Source: Lingula anatina
Lineage: Eukaryota; Animalia; Brachiopoda
NCBI GenBank assembly: GCA_051362555.1
Contig: CM120643.1
Coordinates: forward strand, 868,001-932,000
Length of the DNA stretch: 64,000 nucleotides
Reading direction: 5' to 3'
Shown: piece by piece, positions 13,158 through 24,961 of the stretch
How the letters are laid out: every line of letters begins with the position of its first letter
Position numbering within the stretch: position 1 is the stretch's first letter
Notes under the pieces: generated by a model
Seen by the model: only the letters and a program-made list of their open reading frames with translations
Database searches by the model: none
What the model was told of the DNA's origin: nothing
Position numbers and translations under genes: made by a program

Positions 13158-15099
13158 GCTGGGGTCAAGGACAAGAAAAAGATCACAGTACAAGGTCTTG
13201 TTTTAAACTAAGAAAATACTACAGAGTTTTACACCAGACAAAGTTCATCTACTGCCATTGCTAGGCTGCAGCACACAATTAGCACCTACAGTTTTGAAAT
13301 TTAGACAATATATTCTGAAAAAGTTTTAACTATTTTTAACAATATAGCACAGTGTTATTGATCAGAACCATTTTACCTGTATAAGTTACATGTAGCATCC
13401 AGAGAAAGCACATTTCTTTTTTTTTTCCAAAAGATTTGTATTGCAAGTACTATATGGCAGCGGTAAATATTGTACTAGATTGGTTGGGCTAGCATTACAT
13501 GTACATTGGTTTAACAGACAGCAAATAAATAATGGTATATTTGTAAGGAATGAGCCACAGCAAAATGAAAAAAAATGATATCATTAAAAGTGAAATAAAA
13601 ATTGGTTCACAATTTATAACTTTCAAGCCCCAACTTGAGCATGAAGACCTACAACTCCAAATACTCCTACCTTTAACAACCATAAGTTAAGTCATAATTC
13701 AGTTCTTTTTCAGAATGGCACGGTTTTGAAATGGTGATAAACCAAAAGCCACCCTCACTTCATCAGTCAAAGTAAAAAGAGATAATTTAAAACAAAATAT
13801 CACACCTTTGTTTTTTTTTCCAGGATGCCTAATGTCACCAATCCCACGGTCTCCTGCAACCGGTTTGCATCGCTGACCTCGCAGGAGAAACAGACCCTCA
13901 AGATCCAGCTGAACATATCCGAGGAGAGTTTGCTGACCATGATCAACACATACTTGAGGAAGAACTGCCCTCAGGAGTCAGACATCTACGAAAAGATCCA
14001 GAAGTCTCTGTTACTGTATATCCCTATCATTTTAGTAGTCATTGGGACTTTTGGGAATATCTTCTCATTTATCGTACTGCGCCAGAAAGCGATGATGACG
14101 CTGTCGACTTACTTCTATTTAGCTGCTCTTTCATTGGCTGACACTGTTGTTTTGTATTTTGGTTTATTCCGCCTGTGGATATGGCAACTAACGGGCATGG
14201 ATGTTCAGCATTATGCTGATTGGTCGTGCAAACTGGTGGCCGTGATTGGTTACTCGGCCAGTGATTTCTCCGTATGGCTTATCATTGCCGTGACTGTGGA
14301 ACGCTACATTGTCGTCTGCCATCCTCTGAAAGCCAGCGAACTGTGCAATATACCAAGAGCAAAGATTGTCATGGGCGCACTCTTCATGCTGCTGCTGACC
14401 ATTAATCTTCATTTCTTTTGGACAGTTGAGTTGTCCACCTCAGAGTCGGACATACCTAAGTGTGATGGCGGCCCCCAGTATAAACACTTGATCACAGAAA
14501 TATGGCCGTGGGTGGACGCAGTGATTTACTCCTTTCTACCATTTGGGACAATTCTAATCATGAACTGTATTATAATTCGTCAGGTGATTCATGCGCGCCG
14601 CAGTCGTGAAGAGCTTCAAAATACAAGTCTGAAGGAGCGTCGGAGGACTACCCAAGAGTCAAGCATAAAACTGACCATAATGCTTCTAACTGTGTCCTTC
14701 ACATTTGTACTTACAACACTACCTATAAATGTCTTTATGATTGCGAAGGCCTTTTTTCAGTCCTATAGTGAACAAGACATTGACGAAAAAGGTCGCAGAG
14801 AGGTCATCCATACAAGTGCAAAACTTCTCATGTATCTTAATCACTCGATAAACTTTTTCCTATACTGCGCAACAGGCCAGAAGTTTCGGCATCAAGTCAA
14901 GCGAATTTTGTGTCGGAGATCAAAAACATTTTTCTCCAATTTTACACAAATTCGTAACGGCAGAGAGAGCATGGTCTGGAGCAGCACCAAGTACACAAAC
15001 TGTCCGTCTAAGATTGTTGCTGATACCACAGACATGAGTGAAATGGAGATGCACCGTCTGCACCAAACCCGCACCAATCAGCAACATCCTTATGCCTAA
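9275..15099 (+). CDS. Class A (rhodopsin-like) peptide GPCR, FMRFamide-receptor/GPR139-142-like; exons 9275-9342 and 13824-15099
   Basis: 424-aa ORF with seven hydrophobic segments, GN in TM1, LAALSLAD in TM2, AVTVERYIVVCHP after TM3 and NHSINFFLY in TM7. A polypyrimidine-CAG acceptor at 13823 and a TT|gtaagt donor at 9343 splice in frame and add MAFFPPSDQRAMNITLPGLSLDL. Ligand cannot be determined from sequence. Confidence 0.93.
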
Positions 15100-16664
15100 A
15101 TGTGGCACCACTCGCTGGTCACATAAATAATGTAAATAACATCTTCTTGTAATTGTACTTAACACTGTGACAGTGGTGTATTTGATTACAAATAGATAAA
15201 TAAAGTGAGACCAGTGACAAAGAGGCGTACATGTCATGCAGATGATGATGAAGAAAAAATGATACTTTCCCTAATATTCTTCAAAATGTAGAATAAAGAT
15301 GCAACACTATGCTGAAAAACTTGAATTTTTCTCAGCAAGAAGTTGATAGCAAAATATGGGATAGGATTTTACTAAGTCTAGTTTGTAAAAAAAAACATGA
15401 AAAATGATTGCAAAAGATAATATATTATGTATATAATATCAGAAGACATAAAGACAATAATAAAAACAGATCATTAATGCAGATTAGAGAAAAGAGCACA
15501 AATGAAATACTGATGCAAAAAAGAAAATCTGGAAAAGGTGAAAAACAGAAGACAAATAAACAAACTTATGAGCTGTGAAGGAAAGAATCAACGTATACGT
15601 ACAATGATTCACAAGACCACCATGTTGTGAACTTGCTTCTAGACTTCGGACAACAGGAAGTCACAGAGCCATGACGATGTGGTGTTGTCCTGCATAACAG
15701 TTGACCTTCATTGTTTTATACCATACTGTATATAATATTAATTAATAATATATATATATGAAGTTTCTACAATATTTTAATCAAAACTGACAGCAGATGT
15801 GTAAATAACCTAATTTCTGTTATCTGAAATTACCTGTTCTTAGCAAATGGTTTGATTTCCTTTATAACGATAGCCATATTGTATGTTTGCATGTTGTCAA
15901 TGATTGGAATATAAAAAGGCGTGTGCTTGTAACCCATTTTCATGCCAATTCATTTTTTCCAAAAAGATGTCTGTTGAAACATGTAACTGATGACTTCACA
16001 CTGGGTTTGTCTACCAACACGCCTTCAACCATTGCAATTTTCAGGTCTAATGGCAGAATTTTGCCAAAAAATAATGTAAGCCATTCTTTTGTCTCCCCAG
16101 TGAAGACGGCTGCATGTAGGGGCAGAATTTGTTCAAACCAGAAAAATAATGAGGAAACAAATTACTAACTGCCTACCATGGGCTGCCACTTAGCTGTCAC
16201 TGCCAAGTTTTTTAAAACTTAAAAGACAAATCTGAGTTAGACTTATAGTCCCTAATAACAAAATTCATCTTAAAAATTCCTCACTGATGTCCTCAACAGG
16301 GTGCAACTTCACAATGAATTGATCAAACTAGCTACTGTGCACTCACTCTGGCTGAATGCAATTGAATTAACAGACTGGCAATGAATAGAATCAAAACATT
16401 AGAAATAAAAGATGTGTTACCCCATGCTAATTTGAACAGAGAACCAAATCTTGCCAGATGCTGTTTGAGCGCATGACAATTCATTAGATTGATAAAGATA
16501 TTTAAATAACATTAAAACACCTGTCTGTTAAATTTATAAGCAAAGACCTCTTAAAATCATTCTTCCGTAAATTTACAACCTCCACAGCATATTTCTCTCT
16601 TTGCAATTTAAGTTACCCAAATCAATTATATATGTCACCTAACTTCACGCACTCTGATATATAT

Positions 16665-17152
16665 ATCAGGTGGCTAAAAAAAAGACATCTACCAGTAATC
16701 TACTTATTTCAGAGTTCAATAACATCAATAGTTATCAAGGTTTTGCATTAAGGATTTGCACAGACTTTTGAAACATTATTACTGGTCAACCCTGAAAATT
16801 TCAAGACTTGTGTTTAAGTGAAACATTTTTAATATTATCATCAAATCAAAAATACAATGACAGGTGTCAAAACTGACAGACACTGGCACTTGTCAGAAGT
16901 CATATAGGCTGGCACGGCACTTTTTTAAAGCTAAAATTTTAATTTTTGGGTGTGCCAAAACTGAGAAAGGTAGAATCATGACATTTTGGGCGTGATTAAA
17001 AACACTTTTTTTTTAAATATCTCAGATTTTAATGCAATATCTTTAAAACTTTTGACACACGATGTAGGTTTCTTGTTTCTATAAACAAGTCTATGTACCA
17101 GAGGAGGAAGACACAGTTTTAGATTGATGCCCTTTTTCACACAGCAGATAAT
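16665..17152. mobile_element. Possible decayed Tc1/mariner-type non-autonomous element
   Basis: TATCAGGTGGCTAAAAAAAAGACATC loosely mirrors GATGCCCTTTTTCACACAGCAGATA, with TA at both ends. Confidence 0.35.
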
Positions 17153-19404
17153 TCAGAAAACAATGGGTTTATCTGTACTTTTATTCTGTAGCTCAGAATC
17201 CAATTCACCTTACAAATGACACATTTGTTATCTTCTAAGCCACAATAGAGATCAAAGCTCTGGGTTAGAATAAATGACTTCCATCCTTTAACAGTAGAAG
17301 CTACAGAGAATTACTTCTAGCATTTAATGAAACACAACTGCTAAGGTGAAAGACCATTTTCAAGGGAAAAGTGTTAGTATTAAAAATGGGTTTGAGATTC
17401 ACTATAATGGAATATTTCTGGTAACAAAAATTTCCCACTTTGTTTTATGTACTGAGCAATAGGCTAAACAGGCACTCAGAATAACAGAAGTAAATAACAG
17501 AAAATAATTCTCTTTTTGTTTTTAAGTGGGAAACTATTAGTTGACTCAAAAGACATACTGTTAATTTACTTGGTTTAATAATAGGTATCTGACCAATCTT
17601 TAAACTCAACATATTCATTAAAGCAATTCAGATACTTATATGCTTAGGCATAAATCTTAATCACAGTGGTTTGGAAAAAAAAATTGAATGATTGCTGGTC
17701 ATAGACTTGTCTATGTTTTCTTAAACAATTTGTGCAATTTTATTTAAAGGTTTTAAACATCCTGTACATATGTATATATAAATACAAATGTATAACTTTA
17801 TAAGAGAAGAATGTGAAAAATGATACCGAAAAAGTGACAATTATAAACACTGACATGTTCTTATATGATACTACTCTTCAGTAAGTTGGATGTTTGTATA
17901 TCATTATGATTGTTAAGTAAATAGTTTAGCTACAAAACTGTTATATATTAAATATTATATCAAAAATGTGATAAGTACTTGTATATCCCCTATATCTGCT
18001 GTATGCTAATCATTGGTGTTGACAATATGCTTGAATTATATTAATAAATGATTTTATTGGATATAACACATAATCAAAGCTTTGATATTCATATTTTAAA
18101 TAAATGGTGACACCTGTATTACATTGCTGAGTTTTCATTTTATTACGACAGAAAAGTTCAGTCATCAATCTCCATTGTGTGGAGAGCCAAATGAGGTGGC
18201 GCCTTCCCACTGGGTTTTTATTTCGCTGAATCTGCCACGATAATTGATAGAGAGATCAAAGAGCACATCGTTCTTTTCTACAGTAAATGTCAAATATCTG
18301 TGAATTGGTCCAACATTGTCAGTGATGCTTTTAAATAAAAAGTATCAATTAAAACAAAGGAGTTAAAACATACTAGTAATTTTATTCCTAAATGTAAAAA
18401 TTACAGTTACCCCTTTTTATTTTTTAAATGAAAATGAACCCCCCCCCCAAAAAAAAAAAAGAGAAAAAAATGCTGTCCATCTAGAACATGCTGCCAGTGC
18501 TGCATTAGATTATTTCATTTATTCTTTTAACCACCAGTCATTCTGATGAATTCCCTGCCATCATCAGATTTCTGTCTCATTTGCTCCAAGACAACCGTAA
18601 AAGGTCACACTGCCGCAAAAAAGAAAAGTGGTCTGAATGAAAAGTTGATAACAATTTTGCTGTCTGCTTCTTATCTTACCGACTGTCCACACAGCTTCTC
18701 ACGCAGAAAATTCATGCGTCACAAAAAAACAAAACAGAAAAACAAAACAAATCTTGGGACACATTTGTCAGCAGGAAAATGTCACTTAACGCTGCATCCA
18801 CACAGTGTGAAGAAATGACATCAAATTATCTGATTTCTCATTTCACACCTACATATTAACACAGTGTGTGGGTGCAGGATTTCTCAGTGCACATTTCACA
18901 TCTTCAGACTAACTAGTATATGATAATTTATCAACAAATTTGAACAAAACTGAACAATAATATTTTCTGAAATGGCGTTTTGCTAGAAATATCTGAAAAG
19001 GTTTACTTAAAATTTCTGATAAAAGAGTTTGAATTTTTAAAAACAAATTGTACAGTATTTAAACTTGACCATCCACAGAACAAATTGCTGAATAAGAGGG
19101 GAATAAGGATTTTGTACTGTAGTCAACATAAAAAAATTAATTTGAATTACTCAATTTTCATCTTATCTTATCGCGCAAGGGAATAATACGCAGCCCGAGA
19201 GTAAAACAGAGCCAGAAAATTAAACCTAGTCATAATTAATAAATACTATTCATAGAAATTGCCCCAACACAATAGTGAACTTTTCCACTTGCATGTACCA
19301 GAAACTAGCTACCCAAGGCAAAAAAGATCGGTTTTGTGCCCGTGCTTACTCCTTTTGGTATTGATAATCAATTTCTACAAAGTATAAAAGTACTGCTATT
19401 ATAA

Positions 19405-20375
19405 GGCCACACTTTTTTATTTTTATGGATGACATCCTCTGGGTACCCCAAAATCGGTGCGAGAGGGCAGAAAAAAAAAAAAAACAGTCCAAAAAAAAAA
19501 TAAATAAAAAAATACTGCTTAAATAAAGGAATGCTGTCAGTACTCAGCTGCAAACACAAATTTTAACACAGAAACACGTATCAAACTAACAATGTCTTTA
19601 CCCATGCTCTCAAAATATTAAAGCATTGTGAATACTTCGTAGAAATGTAAAAAAGTCATGAATAGATATGCTGCATATTACCAAATCTATTTAAGGTTAT
19701 TTCATGCAATTTGTTAGTATAGCAATCAATAAAACAAATATCAAACAAACAGTGTGTCTTTATTTGTATTCTCAGAATATTAAAGCATTTTGAACACTCC
19801 ACAGAAATGTTTAAAATATGATGCAAAGATATGCTTAATACTACCAAATCTATCAAAGGTCATTTCGGACGATGCCATTTGTCTACTTCGACTCACACGA
19901 AGCAGCAAAACTGCCAGGTGGCCTGTCCGACCTTCAGCCCACCAAATACCTCGACGCCCTTGTCGACCCTTTTTTCACTACAGAAAACTTGGTATGTGCT
20001 GCTTTGTACAAAATGTCACAGAAATTTTTCGGGCAATAATCGCTGGCTGCCGCCAGCCTTTCGCACAATTGTAAAAAGGTGATATCTCCATGCCCAATAC
20101 CAATCCAAAATGACGGCGCCTGTTCTCTTTATGACTTTCATTGTCATGTAATTTGAAAGTAATCCTAGAGATGAATTTGACGGCAAAACGGCCACATTTC
20201 CACGTGGCGATAATACGCATACGCAGAAAGCTCATTTCCTGGCAAATTCAATAACGATGATTGCGACAACCGACTTCGTTGGGGGCTGAGGGGGGGGGGG
20301 ATTTTTTTTTTCGGAGAATGGGCGAAAATCGGTGCGCACGCAGGATGTCATCCATAAAAATAAAAAAGTGTGGCC
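19405..20375. mobile_element. ~970-bp non-autonomous DNA transposon with ~32-bp TIRs (GGCC termini, TWA flanks; Zator/Harbinger-like)
   Basis: GGCCACACTTTTTATTTTTATGGATGACATCC at 19405 and GGATGTCATCCATAAAAATAAAAAAGTGTGGCC ending at 20375; flanked by TAA and TTA; no transposase ORF. Confidence 0.85.
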
Positions 20376-20393
20376 TTACCACAAAGATAGACT

Positions 20394-20651
20394 GGGTTCC
20401 CATATGCAGATCGATCTAACATGATCGATCCATTTCTGAGGGGTTTCTTGCTAAATTACAATCAACTTAAGAAGCTTAAATGTCTGTCACACCTACTGAA
20501 AATGCTAAATGATAATTAATTACCCCCTAGCAGCTTCAGTAGGCATTATAGACATCAAAGCTGCTTAAAATGATGGCAATTAAATTTAGCGAGAATCCCC
20601 TCGGAGATAGATCAATCCACAGATAGTATGATAGGGTCTGGGAATGGTCCC
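20394..20651. mobile_element. MITE family B copy
   Basis: Shares GATCGATC, TAATTACCCC..CAGCTT..GTAGG and GACAT..AAGC with 32644-32843 and 33997-34210. Confidence 0.65.
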
Positions 20652-21909
20652 ATAGCAAAACTAAACGGCATCACTTTTGCTAAATTACAAGTACAGTAAA
20701 ACAATATATATGACTTGATTCCAAAAAAAAAGCTGGCTAAAAATTATTTATTACACACCCAATGGGGAGTTATTCCCAGCCTCAAATTTGTGAAAGCAAA
20801 TGCTCAAATTAACGACTCCAGCTAAGAATTAACAATCCCAATGTAAAATTACTGCTACAAGCACACTGTTTCATTACACAAACCCTTTATCTGCTTATCT
20901 ACACATTAGGTATGTTCCGTATGAGACAGAGATTGTTAACAATGCACTGCTGCTGCATTAAAAGAACCAGTAGGGGCTTGTGTCTACAGCCACAGACCCA
21001 GATGGAAGATTATTTGAATAAAACTAAGGTTTGTGCTAGAAAATAACAATTATCATTCATGAGGCCTGTTACAGGGTACATAGGAAGGTGACAGACAGAC
21101 AGAGTGAGAGACAACGCACATTTCCAGAAGTGATGAACAAGAGCTTTTCAAGTGAATAATAAGTTATCACACAAAAAGCAAATAAATGTGCGAAAGTTTG
21201 ACTTAATTAACTCAACCTTACCTTCTTCTTGACTTGAAATAAATGCTGGGAAGGAACATCCAACTCATCTGCAAAGATATGACAATTCTAAGAAAACCAA
21301 TTTCGCTGAGGCATAAACTTTTCGCTCCATTAATTTTTTTTTGTTTTGTTTTTATCAAAATCACTGTTACTCAGTTCTTATCAGAATAACAGTGAATGTT
21401 CAAAAAAAGAAAAGAAAAGAAAAAAAGATGAAGCTCTGATTTCTGCTTTTAGCCAGTATTTTCATCTTTTGTCAAGCAGAGTTGATTTCTATTAGAATAT
21501 CAAGAAGGCATGTGTATTCATAAGTCCACTGAGACAAATATAACACTTCCCCAGAGGGTGGTTGTTCAATAAAAACACGTCCACATGATAAACAACACCC
21601 ACTGCACTGATCACTTCACAATATTATTATGTCAAAGCATGCGGTGGTATGTCTAGATTCTACCCAGTAACTTTTTTCTTTTCTTTTTCTGTATTAAATT
21701 GCGTCTTTAGACCTATCATTTATTCATTAAACTATTCACTTCAGTTACAGTGATAAAGAACTACAAAACAGCATTGCTACTAAAGTACCTTTAATCCAAA
21801 TCAACTGTTTTAATTTATATCTCTTCTTCTTCCCTCCTCGTCTTCATGTTTCAAGGGGGTTGAACCATCCTTACGCTAAACTTGAACCTGAACTCTACTA
21901 GCAGCCTAA

Positions 21910-22222
21910 GGGACCATTCAGATTGAGAAGAGCCGAGTGTTAACAAGGCTGCGACCTAAATACGGTGGACCTACATGAAAGGAAGACCGCCTAATCCTGT
22001 AATGGTGTCTCTGCCTCTCACACACCTCCCCACCCATCGTCCCTGCAGGGGCACAGTAATTAAATCTCGGTTCAAATTAACCGATCAAGATCTGACAAGT
22101 GGGGAGGCCTGTGAGAGGCGGAGACACCATTACAGGATTAAGTGGTCTTCCTTTAATGTAGGTCCGCCATATTTAGGTTGCGGCCTTCCTAGCACTTGGC
22201 TCTTCTCGATCTGAATGGTCCC
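21910..22222. mobile_element. PIF/Harbinger (Tourist-like) MITE with ~125-bp inverted arms
   Basis: TAA|GGGACCATTCAGATTGAGAAGAGCC ... GGCTCTTCTCGATCTGAATGGTCCC|TAA, giving a 3-bp TAA target-site duplication. Confidence 0.88.
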
Positions 22223-23192
22223 TAACAGTCCTATTAATTCAGTTAAATGAGATATACTCCCTGGCAGGCAGTGCTCTCCACAGGGACAAAGAAATTGGCA
22301 CAATATTAACTCTTCTTGTCTTTTTTTCCATTTGTTTATGAGTAATACATCAGCTTGGCTTGATTTAGAGGTATATGCATGGATTTAACAAGGCGAAATA
22401 TGCTGAACTTATGTGACCCTGGAGCCTAAAAACAGCCGAATACAATCTGATTTCAACAGAGATTTAATTATAACTGCTTTAAGACTAATTTAATAATGAA
22501 GTATCTGGGCATTTTATTTATTTTAATTGCTGATTTCTGTCTTTCTTTTAATCTTTTTTCCTTTCTTCCATCCTTTTCTTTACTTTTTGTCTTTTTTTTT
22601 TTTTTTTGGTCTAAGTAGTAGTATGCAAACCAGAGTATGCAAACAGCCTTTTTATCTTTTTTTTTTTATGCTTCCATCCTTCTTTCTGTCTTTTACTTAT
22701 TTTTTCTTTTCTTTCTTTTTCTTCTTACAACCAATATTTTTATATCAAATTTCATTCTTTCTTTCCTTCTTCATATTCCCTTCCTATCTTCCCCCCAGCT
22801 GTCAGTTTTTTTCTTATTTTTAAATATCATATTTTTCATTCTTTCCTTTTTTCTTTCCTTCTTTCCTTCTTTCTTTCTTTCTCTCCAGCTCTCAGTTTAC
22901 ATAGAAAAGCTAAGATAATACCCCAGTGAGATCATACCACAGCCTTAGTTTTTGCATTTCAACTCAATACTCAATTTCATAGGCCAAGTCTCATTCTATG
23001 ATCCACATGACCAAGACAACCCCTGAAACCAGAGTATGCAAAACGGTCCCGTCTTAAGTTAAAACCCAAAGAGAAACACAAATCACTCTCAGCTATAGAG
23101 ACTGTATGTCACAAGAGGTCTGACATCTTTCTAATGACTTCACAGCCAAACTGATTTCTACTGATCGCTCTGGGAATACGACTTTAGTAATT

Positions 23193-23360
23193 CAGGCCTG
23201 TAGCCAGCAATTTCAGATGGGGGGTTCGTTTTCTGAAAAAGTGGACCTTTTACCATAAATTCCTCAAGTACATATATCAAATTTTACCCAGTGTGGACCT
23301 TTTCCCAGCAAAAAGGGTGGTTCTTTCTAACCCCCCGAACCCCCCCTGGCTACGGGCCTG
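23193..23360. mobile_element. MITE family E (CAGGCC(C/T)GTAGCCAG TIR)
   Basis: CAGGCCTGTAGCCAG ... CTGGCTACGGGCCTG; related copies at 26461-26617 (inverted) and 55801-55976. Confidence 0.8.
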
Positions 23361-24739
23361 TAATTGTTATTGTATGTCAGTTTTAAACTGAAGATTTTGT
23401 GAATGCTAAGAATATTTTACATACCATGATCACCCCCCCCCCCCCCCCCCCCCAATGCACCTACTCGTAAAAAAAGGGGGAGGGGGGAGGAAAAAAAAGA
23501 GAAAAAACTAAGAAAAGACAGAAACCCATGAAACTTGACAGTAAGGTCTTGGAATTGAGTAGGATACAGAAAAGCTGGTGATTATTCGTTGGAAACAAGA
23601 GGTAGCATGTGCCTGCAGAGTTGGATTGATCTACGTAGACTGCTTTGGTGTTTGTGGGAAAGGGGGCGTACCAAGACAACCCCTGTAGGTATATCACAAA
23701 AAAATTAGAATGTTCCAGATATAAATTTAACACAAGTTTTATCTTCTAACAGGTCTTTTTTTATCCAGAATGTTAAAATTTTGAAATTTTGCTATTATCT
23801 CTAAAAATTAAAGGAAATATCACAGTTTTTTTTAAATAGCGATATTAGGGCAAATGTGTCCTCCCATTTTAGCCAGAAATCTATGACAACTGATCGCTTT
23901 TGTGCCAAATTCAAACCATACTTTGCCTTGATCAATTGTCATGGGGTTTGATGCAGAAGACCACAAATGTTCTATACTTTCACAAAGTATTAAAATTTAA
24001 GCGTAGAACATTTTTGTATAGGTTGTTATACCAGGCACCTCAGTGGTTGCTGCAGTCACAGGCGGGCCAGTGCTTCTGCAGGATATGATGGACCATACGT
24101 AGCGCCTGCTCTAGAGCATTCTGATATACTAGTACCTATAGGGGGCTTCACATAAACCCATCATATACAGTACTACAACTCTGCAGGATATTCTCCATAA
24201 GTGCAATCACTGTAATCGACTCTTATATGCTTTATTCATTGTATTGAATGCATCTACATGAGTAGATGAAAATGTACAATAGGAATGCAATTATAAATAA
24301 GTATGAATTATATAAATAGTGATATAGTACGACTATTACGTGTAAGAAAAATATATAACATATATTAGGCAGAGCCCAAGTGGCTCTACCTACTCAACTG
24401 CCAGTACACTAGTTGATAATGGGTGCAATGGTTTATCAATGTCTGCCACGCCTCCTGCAGCTGCTTGGGGCGTAATTACACCGCGAACACGAAAGTTAAT
24501 TATGCCGGTATCCCTTAGGCCTAGCTACACAAGGAGGCGTGTCAGACAATTAAGCTGCTAACACAGAATGCAATTTAGTGAGAACCCAAGCTGGTAAAAA
24601 GTTTGAAGAAGAAGGGGGGGGGGGGGCAAGCTGGTAAAAAGTTTGAAGAAGAATAGAAAGAGCTGATTGTACCTGTGGTGGGATGAAATGAATATATATA
24701 CCTTTAACCTTCCCGCTTACCTCTACGTCGCAGCCTCAT

Positions 24740-24961
24740 GTTGCAAACGCGTGTAAAAATATGATGTTAACCTAAGTGCAGAGACAAGTGTTTTATCAGT
24801 AATTTCTCTAAATTCGCACCATCTAGATTATTTCAGCTTGCTACTTATATTTAAAACATAACTAAAATATATGTTTTATATTTATTTGCTCCCTTTAAAA
24901 ATAAATATCATTTGAAAATAATTGAAATTTTACGCGAGTACACACTCGCATCTCTTTAAAG
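24740..24961. promoter_or_regulatory. Probable short (possibly bidirectional) promoter upstream of the MCUR1-like gene
   Basis: About 220 bp separate the MCUR1-like ATG (24962, +) from a minus-strand caacATG (24739) that is followed by a strong donor. Confidence 0.4.

Larger units (their letters stand above)
4165..24739 (-). other. Candidate spliced transcript divergent from MCUR1; product unidentified
   Basis: Minus-strand segments with canonical splice signals: 24721-24739 (caacATG...AG|gtaagc), 21222-21268 (ctttgcag...AAG|gtaagg), 6975-6997, 5845-5899 (ttttttccag...AAG|gtaa), 4165-4230 (ttttgcag...|gtgaga). The first four join in frame as MRLRRRDELDVPSQHLFQVKKKMMGGTAAELCKRCRTDLDRLLTSLIK. 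No homology recognised and the exon chain is inferred. Confidence 0.35.

Noticed and set aside
14188-15237. Antisense ORFs overlapping the GPCR
   Set aside because: Short shadow ORFs of the coding strand with no independent support.
22527-22918. Hydrophobic Phe/Leu/Ser-rich ORFs (also 45393..45764 and 56790..57239)
   Set aside because: They arise from T/C-rich low-complexity non-coding DNA.
23922-23971. Extra minus-strand exon for the candidate transcript
   Set aside because: The acceptor lacks a pyrimidine tract (gtgaaagtatag) and the flanking exons join in frame without it.
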